DNA of 64,000 bases from an uncultured Spirochaetota bacterium (lineage in GTDB: Bacteria > Spirochaetota > Spirochaetia > SZUA-6 > Fen-1364): NCBI GenBank assembly GCA_963820525.1, contig CAWGAA010000002.1, positions 448,001 to 512,000 of the forward strand, given 5' to 3'. Below are positions 10,563 to 20,700 of this stretch, one piece after another. Numbering within the stretch: position 1 is the stretch's first letter; each line of letters starts with the position of its first letter. Made by a program: the position numbers and the translations under genes. The notes below the pieces were generated by a model. That model was not told the origin of the DNA, did no database searches, and saw only the letters and a program-made list of their open reading frames with translations.

Positions 10563-10583
10563 CGAGGCCTCGCGATACGCGTG

Positions 10584-10643
10584 ACCCATCCATTGCCCAT
10601 GCGCCGTGATCGCGCAGCGGGCGGGCAAGCGGATGGGTTTTTT
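10584..10643 (+). terminator. Intrinsic terminator-like hairpin between convergent genes
   Basis: acccatcc...ggatgggt outer stem and ttgccc...gggcaa inner stem, followed by a T run. Confidence 0.6.
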
Positions 10644-11400
10644 ATGCCTTCCCGCCTTTTCTCCAAAGCCGAAGCTGTCCCGCGATATCTTCTTCGACCT
10701 TCTTCAGCAGCTCGAGGATTTCCCGCTTGCTCTTCGGGGGCGGGTAGAGGGCCAGCGACTTGACGCGATAGTGCGTCCTGCCCAGGTTCTTGAGGACCCA
10801 CGTCAGCCGGGATATCAGATGTCCTCCCTCAATCGCCACAGAGAGAATGTGCAGGGGCGCCCGCTCCAGAATGATGCGGAAGGCTCCTGATTGGAACCTG
10901 CCCAGCTCCCCCGTGCGCGAGCGGGTGCCTTCCGGGAACACAACGGGCGAGATCCCATCAGCGCTTGCATACGCCAGCTTCGCCATTTGCCGCATTCCTT
11001 CCCGAAAATCCCCGTGCCGGGAGATGAGAGCGCTCCTCCCCCGGCGAAGGAACTGCGAGACCATGGGAACCCCTCTTCCCAGCTCCCGCTTTGTGACGAA
11101 GCGAATCGAATGCTTCCTAAACGCGAAGATCAGCGCCGGTATGTCGGCCAGGCTCTGATGGTTGGTGACAACCATTAGAACACTGGGAAGATGCTCGGGG
11201 AAGCGCTCCACGGTGATCCTGAAGCTCGAAAGCAACTTCGCCAGGGTGAACAGCTCTCGTGCCACCCGTCTCTGGGCGACATCGATCCAGGGCTGGATAT
11301 CCTTTCCATGGGTGAGGGAGTGGAGCCGGAGCAGCAGGCCCTGGCGGACAAAGACGAAAAGGACGCACAGCAGATAGAATACCGCTATCAGGGCCGTCAT
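10642..11400 (-). CDS. Lysophospholipid acyltransferase (PlsC family)
   Basis: NHQSLAD, FVTKRE, VFPEGTRS motifs; start set at MTALIAV, overlapping the upstream stop. Confidence 0.88.
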   Translation of the reverse strand: MTALIAVFYLLCVLFVFVRQGLLLRLHSLTHGKDIQPWIDVAQRRVARELFTLAKLLSSFRITVERFPEHLPSVLMVVTNHQSLADIPALIFAFRKHSIRFVTKRELGRGVPMVSQFLRRGRSALISRHGDFREGMRQMAKLAYASADGISPVVFPEGTRSRTGELGRFQSGAFRIILERAPLHILSVAIEGGHLISRLTWVLKNLGRTHYRVKSLALYPPPKSKREILELLKKVEEDIAGQLRLWRKGGKA

Positions 11401-12281
11401 ACGCGCGCCTGCCCGATCAGCTTCGCGACCTCGCGGATGAACCGCGGATCGGTTCCACAGCAGCCGCCCACGGCATCCACCCCGGCGTCGATGAGCGCGG
11501 GCACGTAGGAGGCGAACTGCTCCGGGGAGAGGGGATAAACGACCTTGCCGCCGACGATCTGGGGGATGCCGGCGTTCGCCTTGACCCACAGGGGAAGCGG
11601 CGTGAGCCCGCGAAGGACCGGGGCGAGAGGGACGTAGTCCTCTATCCCCGACCCGCAGTTGGCCCCGATGACGGAAGCCCCCTCGGATCGCGCCCTCTCG
11701 ACGCACGCCTCGGGAGGGTTTCCCATCATCGTGCGGTATCCCTTGGGTGTCTTATTGTACGTCATGCTCGCCACGACCGGAACGCCGCCGGCCTGACTGG
11801 CTGCACGGACCGCCACCGCCATCTCCTCCACGTCCGTCATCGATTCCACGACGATCCAGTCCACGCCGCCTTCCCGCAGGCTGGCCGCCTGCTCGGCGAA
11901 TACGTCGTAGAGCTCTTCCGCGCTCACTTCTCCAAGGGCGATGAACTTGCCGCTCGGTCCGATGTCCCCGGCGACGAGAGCGCGGTCGCCGACGGCGTTC
12001 CTCGCGATGGCCGCTCCCGCCAGGTTGATCTCGCGCGCCCTGCCCGAAAGGCCGTGGGGCTCGAGACGCAGGCGATTCGCTCCGAAGGTGTTGGTCAGGA
12101 TGACCTCGGCGCCCGCCTGCAGGTACTCTCCGGCGATGTCCGCCACGATTTCAGGATGGCTCACGTTCCATTCGTCAGGCGGATTGCCCTGCATGAGACC
12201 CCGCTTGAAAAACTCGGTCCCCCAGGCGCCGTCCGCCAGAAGCACGCGCCCCTTCTCCCATTTTCTGCCAAGGATGTCCAT
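11397..12281 (-). CDS. Homocysteine S-methyltransferase family protein (stand-alone MetH Hcy-binding domain)
   Basis: LADGAWGT, ILTNTFGAN, VAGDIGP, IGANC, KANAGIP, VGGCCGT. Confidence 0.92.
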   Translation of the reverse strand: MDILGRKWEKGRVLLADGAWGTEFFKRGLMQGNPPDEWNVSHPEIVADIAGEYLQAGAEVILTNTFGANRLRLEPHGLSGRAREINLAGAAIARNAVGDRALVAGDIGPSGKFIALGEVSAEELYDVFAEQAASLREGGVDWIVVESMTDVEEMAVAVRAASQAGGVPVVASMTYNKTPKGYRTMMGNPPEACVERARSEGASVIGANCGSGIEDYVPLAPVLRGLTPLPLWVKANAGIPQIVGGKVVYPLSPEQFASYVPALIDAGVDAVGGCCGTDPRFIREVAKLIGQARV

Positions 12282-12387
12282 ACCGCTCCCTCAATGCGCA
12301 GCCTTGAGCTATGCCGACATTCTACAGGCCAATAACTTTTGTGGGAAGGGAGAGGGGGCTTGTCCTGTCTGGCGACTTTCAAAAATA

Positions 12388-13629
12388 TTATTTCAGGACC
12401 ATGACGGTGGCTTTCCAGGAGGAAGATTCCGCATACCAATCTTTAAAAACGACATACGGCACGTCCTTGGAATCGATCGCCAGCCGTATCATCTCAATAT
12501 CGTTGGCAGTAAAAGCGAGATTTCCGGCGGCTACCCAGTCCGTTCCGTCAAATCTATTAGCCGACGCTTTCCCGGTCGTGTAGGCGACATAGGGTGTATT
12601 GGAAGAATCGAAGGCGATTGTGGAGTCATGAGCGAATGGTGCAACGTCTGCTCCGACGGCCACCCAGCCTGTTCCATTGAACTTCATCACCGTGGCCGGG
12701 TGATCAGAATACCCTGCATATTCGGTGTACACGACATGGAGAGTTCCGTTGCCGTCGATTTCCAAATCGGTATCCTCTGCCGTATCTGCGCTGAAGCCTG
12801 CGAGACCAACGGCAACCCAGGTTGTGCCGTTATACTTCATGACGGTTTCTTTCCCGGAATTTCCATTATCGCCGTAGGCGATGTAGGGCACGTTTGACGA
12901 ATCGACGACGATATCAGGATTTAAAGCTTCGCCTAGGCTGATTCCGGCAGCGCCAACGAGACTCCATGACGTGCCGTCATACTTCATCACGGAAGCCTTA
13001 TAGAGGGGCGTGGTGGTTGCATCTTCAAAAACCACGTATGGATTGTCGGATTGATCGAAGGCAAGTCGAGGTCCATATGCGTTTCCCGAAGTGAAGCCAT
13101 CTTGCCCAACTTGCTCCCAGGCTGTTCCGTTAAACTTCATCAAAGCCAATAAAGACTTTGAAGCAGAGAGGCGGCTGTAGACGACATAGGGAACCTTATT
13201 GGAATCGAATTCAAGATCGATCCCTCTTGGCAAGTCGAACGTGGACGGGAAGCTGTCTCCGACCTTCACCCAGTTCGTTCCGTCGAACTTCATTACAGTG
13301 ACCTTGACATTGCTACCATCATAAAAAGCCACGTACGGGGTGTCCGATGATCCAAAACCGATATCGGGAAAGTCGATGACAGTTATATTGAAGCCCGCAG
13401 TGCCTACCACCTGCCAGGTTCGAGTGTCGGGCGTCCCATCTCCATCCCCATCACTCCCATCTCCTCCCGAAGGGCTGGGACATCCGGACAAGCCAACAAT
13501 GAAAGCCAGGCTTGCGATGACCGGCAGAACAATACACAGCCCTGTTCTTTTCCTGATATCTTCCGATGTGCTTATCATGACCTTTTCCTTTCTTATTTTT
13601 GTATCAATATCATTTCTAAAATCTCGCAT
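12388..13629 (-). CDS. Putative lipoprotein with ~48-aa repeats (probable beta-propeller)
   Basis: Hydrophobic stretch ending in LSGC, Gly/Asp linker, about 6 repeats of PYV...VMK[FY][DN]GTxWxxVG; GC lower than the flank. Confidence 0.7.
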   Translation of the reverse strand: MRDFRNDIDTKIRKEKVMISTSEDIRKRTGLCIVLPVIASLAFIVGLSGCPSPSGGDGSDGDGDGTPDTRTWQVVGTAGFNITVIDFPDIGFGSSDTPYVAFYDGSNVKVTVMKFDGTNWVKVGDSFPSTFDLPRGIDLEFDSNKVPYVVYSRLSASKSLLALMKFNGTAWEQVGQDGFTSGNAYGPRLAFDQSDNPYVVFEDATTTPLYKASVMKYDGTSWSLVGAAGISLGEALNPDIVVDSSNVPYIAYGDNGNSGKETVMKYNGTTWVAVGLAGFSADTAEDTDLEIDGNGTLHVVYTEYAGYSDHPATVMKFNGTGWVAVGADVAPFAHDSTIAFDSSNTPYVAYTTGKASANRFDGTDWVAAGNLAFTANDIEMIRLAIDSKDVPYVVFKDWYAESSSWKATVMVLK

Positions 13630-13777
13630 ATCAAATTGCTATGTATACTTTGCGCCAACTACTATATTCCATACACTCCGTGCGGTCAATATCATAAATG
13701 AAGTGGTTGTGATCGCCTGGTACCTGTTCGCAAGCGTCAATACGCAGAAAGATTTAAAAAAGCGATAAAAAAAATTC

Positions 13778-13806
13778 TTGAAAAGTATTTGAAGGTGGGC
13801 TATATT
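13778..13806 (+). promoter_or_regulatory. Candidate sigma70 promoter for the lipoprotein-RHS-immunity operon
   Basis: TTGAAA-17 bp-TATATT in an AT-rich intergenic region. Confidence 0.45.
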
Positions 13807-14011
13807 GCTCAATTAGTTTACAATTGATGATAATATCTAAAAGATATTATTTATGAAGCATTTAGTATGTAGCTTGTTAGTCAGATACTCTGAGCGTTTG
13901 CCGGGGTGCCCGCAAAGTGTTGGGTGGCCATCACCTCCAGCTCAGATAATTCACCCAATCCAATTCTTTTATTACCCACTATCCCAACGCGTTCTGATTC
14001 AGGAGCGTGCA

Positions 14012-14725
14012 ATGAGGCTAGATACAAATATCGGTTCGCCACTTGACCATTACCTGGGCCATGGAGGCTCTCTGCGGTTTCGATCATTGACCGTACTCTT
14101 CCTTGGGATCCTTCTATTTGCCTGTCTGGAAGCCTGTGTTCAACCTACCGGCGGCACGACCGATATCGAAAAACACAGCGAGCTGTTCCTTCAAGATACC
14201 GCCCTGGATCCCGAGGGAAAGACCTGGGTCTTCGAAACCAACGATCCTGCCTACTGGAGCAGCGCCGGCTACACCCTCTGGGCCGGCAACGGTACTATCC
14301 ATGCCGCTGGAGAAAGCTGGGACCGCACCTATATCCTGACGAAAACCAGCGGCGATGCTGCCGCAGGCTATGGGGTGTTTTTTGGCTATGACTCAGGTCC
14401 CACCATGCTGGCGGCGCTGATCAACTTGCAGGGGAAGTTTTGTGTCGGCGAGATGGTGGACGGCGCTTTTCAGATGCTGAAAGACTGGACTTCTTCTGAA
14501 GACCTGAACGGCACCGTGGGAACCCCCGACACGGTGCGGATCAGCTACGTTGGTGATCCCAAGACGTATTCCGTGTTTCTCGGCTCCAACTCCACGGCGG
14601 CGTTCAGCCTGGTGGATACCGTCGAGCCCTATCACGATGGCGGGGAAGAAGGTTTCCTTGTGGTGATTTCTTACAACGATCAATTCCCCCAGAATCCGGT
14701 GCGAGTAGTGTACGAAGTTCCATAG
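14012..14725 (+). CDS. Hypothetical exported (lipo)protein directly upstream of the RHS toxin
   Basis: AGGAG RBS before ATG 14012; hydrophobic segment followed by Cys (LLFACLEAC); beta-rich mature part. Confidence 0.65.
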   Translation: MRLDTNIGSPLDHYLGHGGSLRFRSLTVLFLGILLFACLEACVQPTGGTTDIEKHSELFLQDTALDPEGKTWVFETNDPAYWSSAGYTLWAGNGTIHAAGESWDRTYILTKTSGDAAAGYGVFFGYDSGPTMLAALINLQGKFCVGEMVDGAFQMLKDWTSSEDLNGTVGTPDTVRISYVGDPKTYSVFLGSNSTAAFSLVDTVEPYHDGGEEGFLVVISYNDQFPQNPVRVVYEVP

Positions 14726-14748
14726 AGAAAAAGGCGAGGAGAACCTCC

Positions 14749-17700
14749 ATGACTAACTGGAAAAAAATGGCTGCGATCGTCGTTTTGGAATGCTTCATCG
14801 GAAGCCTGGCGGCTCCGCCGTTTGTCGTGCTTGCCGAGCCTGCCGCCCCGGAGCCTTTGAGACTGGGAAGCCCTTCCGCGGTTTCTGACGAAACTTTTAT
14901 CGGCCTTGGGGCGGCGCAGGCCATTGCTGAATCTCCATTAAACATGATGAACCTCGAGGGCGTGGCGGGTAGGACGGCGGCCATGACGGCGCCTGTGAGG
15001 ACTCCACAGCCTGACGTGAAGCCTTTGGAATTGGCTCGAAAGATGATCGGGACCGAAGGGGGAGTTTTAGAGGCGGAAGGAGTCCGCCTGGAAGTTCCCG
15101 CGGGGGCGGTGGCGGAGCCCACGGAGTTTGTCATCCTTTCCCTTGAGAAAACGGCCTCCCTAAATGAGGGGATGGCGAACGCCACCTTGGGAAATCGGGG
15201 CTATCGGTTCGAGCCCGATGGAGCCCGGTTCAACCGCTCCCTGACCGTCAGCCTTGCCTTTGATCCGTCGCTGGCCGCCTCGGAAACGGCTCTCTCCAAC
15301 CTTTTTACTTATTTCTACAACGAGGAGACGAATCACTGGGAACGGCTTCTGCGAGTGGGAGTGGATCGGGATTCCTTCAGGGTGATCAGCATGACAAGCC
15401 ACTTCACGGACCTGATCAATGCGACCCTGAAGCTGCCGGAAGGCCCGCAGCCGCTTCAATTCGACGTAAATGCTATCAAGAGCCTTGAAGCGGCCAATCC
15501 CGTCACGGGGGTTCCGCAGCCCGAGGGGCTGGAAGGCGGGGTCTTTGGCTCGGCGAGCTTCAAGTTGAATTTCAGGCTGCCCGCCGGGCGGGGAAAAGCG
15601 GTGCCGGAATTGGCGATCCGCTACGGAAGCGATGGAGGCAACGGCATCCTGGGCAGGGGGTTTGATCTGGGGATCCCCTCAATCACCACGGACACCCGCT
15701 TTGGGCTGCCGGTCTACGACAGACGCGACACCTATGTCCTGGAAGGGGAGGAGTTGGTGCCCCAAGGGGACGCAGCCTCGGCAACTCTCTTCAAACCGCG
15801 CAAAGAGGCGGCCTTTGCCCAGGTGGTTCGGGCGCAAAAGGACGGCCGGGAATATTGGGAGGTGACGGACAAGGGCGGCACTACCCGTGTCTACGGCACG
15901 GGGGAGGCATGGCTGGGACCGGATCGCGGGGACCCGTCGAAGGTATATACCTGGTACCTCTCCCAGGTGCGGGACGCCAACGGCAACACTGTCGACTATG
16001 CCTACAGCTACGATCCTGAAGGATCCTACAGCTATCTCACGGAGGTTCGCTATTCAGGCCGGGTGACCGGCGAGAAGGGACCCTACCGGATAATCCTGGA
16101 ATATGAGGACCGCCAGGACCGGCGGAGCGACGCCCGCGGGAAGTTCGTATCGAAGCTGACCCAGCGGGTAAAGAACGTGCAGATCAATTATAACGACACT
16201 CTGATCCGCAGCTACCGTTTCACCTACCGCTACGACGAGTTCGGCCAGAGCCAACTGCTTTCCTACGCCGAGCGCGACAACCAGGGGGACGTGGTCTACA
16301 CCTACGAGTTCGAGTACTACAAGCCCGAAACCCAGAATGACGGGTACCGAGCCTTCGGAGCATCGGAAGAACAGTGGGGCGGACCCTCGACGACGTATCT
16401 CCATCAGGGCCATACGACCTCCATTGGGGCGAGCCTATACGCAGGGGTCGAATTGTGGATCCCCTGGTTCTATTTCTGGGGTATCGGCACACTCGCGCTC
16501 GCAAGTTTCGGAGTCAAGGGGGGATTCAGCACCTCCTCCGGCATTACAAGCAACAGCTTGCTTGACCTTGACGGGAACGGTCTGCCCGACCTGGTGTGGA
16601 AGAACGGGAACCAGCTTCAGGCCTACTTCAATCAAGGCGGAAGCTTTGGCTATGGTCCCTCTTGGAACGGCCTGTCCGGGCTCCTCGATTATGATAACCA
16701 GGACAGCTTCTTCGTAGGAGCTTCCGCATCCATCGGTGTGGTCTCCGGGGAAGCCACGTACCAAACCTCCTGGAGCAAAGCGAAGACTTCCTTTACCGAC
16801 ATCAACGGCGACGGCTTTCCCGACTATGTAAAGCTGGGGGACAGCGGCTTCGCGATGAATACAGGCAGCCAGTTCTCGCCTCAATCCTGGAGTTTTGCAC
16901 AAAGTCTTCAGACGCCCAGCGGGATAGGAGACGATGAGGAGGCCGGCTATCAGCGGACCTATTACCAGCAGGAGCCCCTCAGGCGGTGGACGGCATACCG
17001 GTCGGGGACCGTGGAGGTCGAGCAGGATGCCCGGCTGGAGAGCGGAGCAAGCGCTGACGGAGTGGTCCTGAAGACGTATCAGGGCGACTCCACGATCCAG
17101 GCATTTCCCCTCCACGGGGACGAGAGGGTTACACCGGATGAAAGCCGGCACGCCTATACCGTTGAGCGGGGCAAGGCCCTTTATTTCCATGAGGATACGC
17201 TCGCGGACGAACGGGGGGATTACTCGCAATGGAATGTGAAGGTTCGCTATACCCAGGTGAAGCTCTTTGAAGACCTTGGCGATTGGAGCGTAATATACAA
17301 TCCGCCGCCGAATAGCGAGAATAGCCTTCCGTGGGGCGATATTCGCCTCCAGCCGATATATGGCAGCTCAACCTCCAACGGCGTCACTACGTACACAAGA
17401 AAAACAGATTGGCAGAAATACACTACCGATGAAGTCTGCCTGGCCCTCCTGGAACATGGCGCATTCGTACCCTTGCGGATCCCGGTTGAGCAGTTCCAGA
17501 AGATGTATAGCCGGGGTGACTCGGAAAAGATGCTGTTTACGCAACAAGAAATCGACGACTTAATAAAAGCGGGGGTGAGCCCAACGGACGCGTCGAAGAG
17601 CCTATTCCTTGCCGCCGGGTACTACTACAAGCCGGAGATAAAACAGTTCTTATGGCTGCCGGAGGATGATCTGCCCTTGCGGATGACGGATGAGAGCACG

Positions 17701-20700
17701 AAGAAGGTAAACCAGGCGCTTTTGGACCTCATAAAGAAGTATAGAGCACCGATAGCCCAGGACCTCTTGCAGGCATTAAACAGCTCCGAACGGGTGGAGC
17801 TCGGGACTTACGTGTGGTTGGACGGACGGAAAATCTTCCCTCGAGCGGCAGAAGGCGGGATGTACGAGGTGCCTGTGAATGCCCCGATCGTGTATCCAGC
17901 TCCGACTCTTGGTGATCCCCCCGAACTTGGGACAGAGCTTCCTACCAAGGGATTGCTGGTGGACCGCTATACGGACCCCGTGAGCGGGGGTTCAGCCCAG
18001 GTTTGGATGCGATCCGGGACCGTTGTGCGTGACCTCGATGGTGTTGAGACTACGATCGCGAACCCAGAGCTTTCAATAAGCGGAACCGATCCCATGACAG
18101 TGCGTTACAGGTACGACGGGGTACTGCGGGAGGTAGTGGTTGAAGGAAGAAATGCACTCCTCGAGAGCCTGCCAGCGTGGGTATACGAAGGCCCTTTGAC
18201 GGATGCACTGCTGGCACAGGAAACCTTTTCAACCTATGGGTATTCTACCCTTCCCGCCGCGGCTTGGACGGCCATTCGGGACGCCATAAGCAGCCAGACG
18301 GACAAGGACCTCTTTATCGATTCCTATCAGCAGGCGGGTGAGGACTACCAGCTGAAGACCGACATCACCGCGGCGGATTTTCAAGCCCTTCTGCGGATCC
18401 TGGACGAACGGACGGCACAGTCCGGCTGCCTCTTTGGAGTCCTCCCTGGGATTCCCGGAAGACAGAACAGGCTGATGCGGCTGACCGCTTCGGAATACTC
18501 CGCGTTCATGACCGTCGACGGCAGCCTGACGGGACTGTTCGGCAGCTATGCCGAAGGCGGCGTCACCTGGTATTACCTCAAGAGCACCCTGACGACGGGC
18601 GAGCGGACAGCCCTCCACGCGGCGATGATTGCCTGGCGGAGGGATCGGGAAGTCTTCCCTTATTATCAGCGGTCCACGGATGGCAAGACATGGAATCTAC
18701 GCGCGGATTTGACTGCAGCTCAGCGGGAGGCGGTGAAGACCCTACTGGCTTCCCTGGGGCTTGCCATCTGGACCGCGGTAAAAAGGTCTTTCCTCTATAG
18801 ATCGACGGATCTCTTCCCGGTAGCGAAGGCCTCACTACCCAGCGGTGCTGGCGAGGTATCTCTGGCCCCCACTGACGGCGTGACGCGTACAGTAGCGGGC
18901 TCGAGCCGAATCAGGCTGCCGTCTTTTGACAGCGGGGGGCAAACCATTTATCTGCCGCTTTACTTGCATATCTTCGATGGCGGCATCGATTTCTCTGCGG
19001 TTGACCTGACGGCCTTGCCGGAAGGAAAACTCTATGAGGATACCCGGCCGGTGGTTCCGGATCCCTTCAGCGGCGGAGTCTACGGGTGGTATTACGGGAA
19101 TTGGAGCGGCTATTACGACTGGGGGGAGGCTCTTCTTACGAAAGACGCCTCAAAGGGATATGACCCGCAGAAAACGAAAGGCGCCCCACCTCCGTTCTTC
19201 ACCGCCGCGGAGATTAACACGGCGGACGGAAAGCCTCAGATCGTGAGCACGGGCAGGGATTCATTCGCCCACTCGGTAGCAGGAGACGCATGGATAGGTC
19301 CCGTGAGCGGGTACTCCGACGTGGAGTTGGATGAAACAGGTGGGTTCACCACTGTCGCGTACACCTTCGCTGCCGTTATCCAGGGCGATCAAGTGTTGGC
19401 CACACGAAACGGCGGCGACACCTACTACAAGATTCCCCGGGGTTCCGTTCAAGGCGCCGGCGGAAGTCTCGCTTCAATCCGGACCAGCAAGACTCAGGCG
19501 TTGGACATCAACGGTACCATAAGTCTGGGTGGAATAGGTGGCGGGAGCTTGAGCTTGAACACATCCCAATCCTGGGAATACCAGGCCCTGATGGATCTGA
19601 ACGGTGACCGATATCCGGATGTGGTGCAGTTCCAGGAGGGCGGCAGCCCCAACTTCGCGCTGTTGCCGGGAACCGGCAGCGGTTTCGGCGCTGCGCAGAG
19701 TTTCAGCGGCCTGAACTCCCATGCCAGCTATTTTGACAATGCGAGCTACGGATTCGGCGCAACGTTGGGAGTCGCGGTCGGCAGTCAGATGCTCACCGTG
19801 GACCCCAGCGGGAAAATGGTCACGGTCACGACGAACGGCGTGCAGGGCGGAGGAGCCAGCGTTGGAGTAAACGGCACCGCAGGATATTCGGTGCAGCAGG
19901 AAGGTTTTATCGACGTCAATGGCGACGGCCTGCCTGACCAGGTGCGCCGGACCGGAACCGAAAGCTACAGTGTAGCGCTGAATCTTGGCAATGGCAGCTT
20001 TGCTTCGCCTGCCGGCTGGGATGGTGGTCTGGACATGCAGGTAATAGAGGGATTGCCGGGCCTGCAGTCATTACCCAAGGGGATTACACACTCGGGCACC
20101 GGGAGTTTTGGCGGATCGGTCGGCATCTCGATCGCCGCGGGAGTTGTAGGAGGGGGCATCTCGGTGGGCTACACCGGTACGGTAAACCAGACCTACAGCC
20201 AACTCCTGGATGTCAATGGCGATGGCCTGCCGGACCAGGTGGGCAAGAAAGCCGATGAGAACTTCTTCCGAGTGAGGTTCAACTGGGGAGATCAGTTCGG
20301 ACCCGAGGCGAAATTGTATCGGCCGGACTGGGGCACCACCGAGGATGAGCTGAAAAACGCCATTTCCAATGATCTGAGCAGCCTCCAGATAGACGGCTTT
20401 GGGGATCCTTTTGGACTGACGTGGCCTACAATTAGGGGGCTGCCGGGCGCCTCCGATAATTTGTTCGCTGCGGCAATGGACCCCTACAGGGTCGACGATG
20501 TATTGGAATACACAAGCGGAGTGAGCTATAACTTCGGCGCGAACCTGACGGTCAAATTCCTCTTCCCCCTTGTGGCGTTGACGTTTACTGCGGGAGTGAA
20601 CGGAAGCACCGCTACGTCTTCAGCCACCCTGAAGTTCACCGACCTGGATGGGGATGGCCTGCCGGATCACGTTTTGAAAATGCCGGGGGAAAGCTTCCTT

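Noticed and set aside
12356..12365. gggcttgtcc shared with 33264-33273 at two intergenic boundaries
   Set aside because: Only 10 bp with no extended similarity; compatible with chance.
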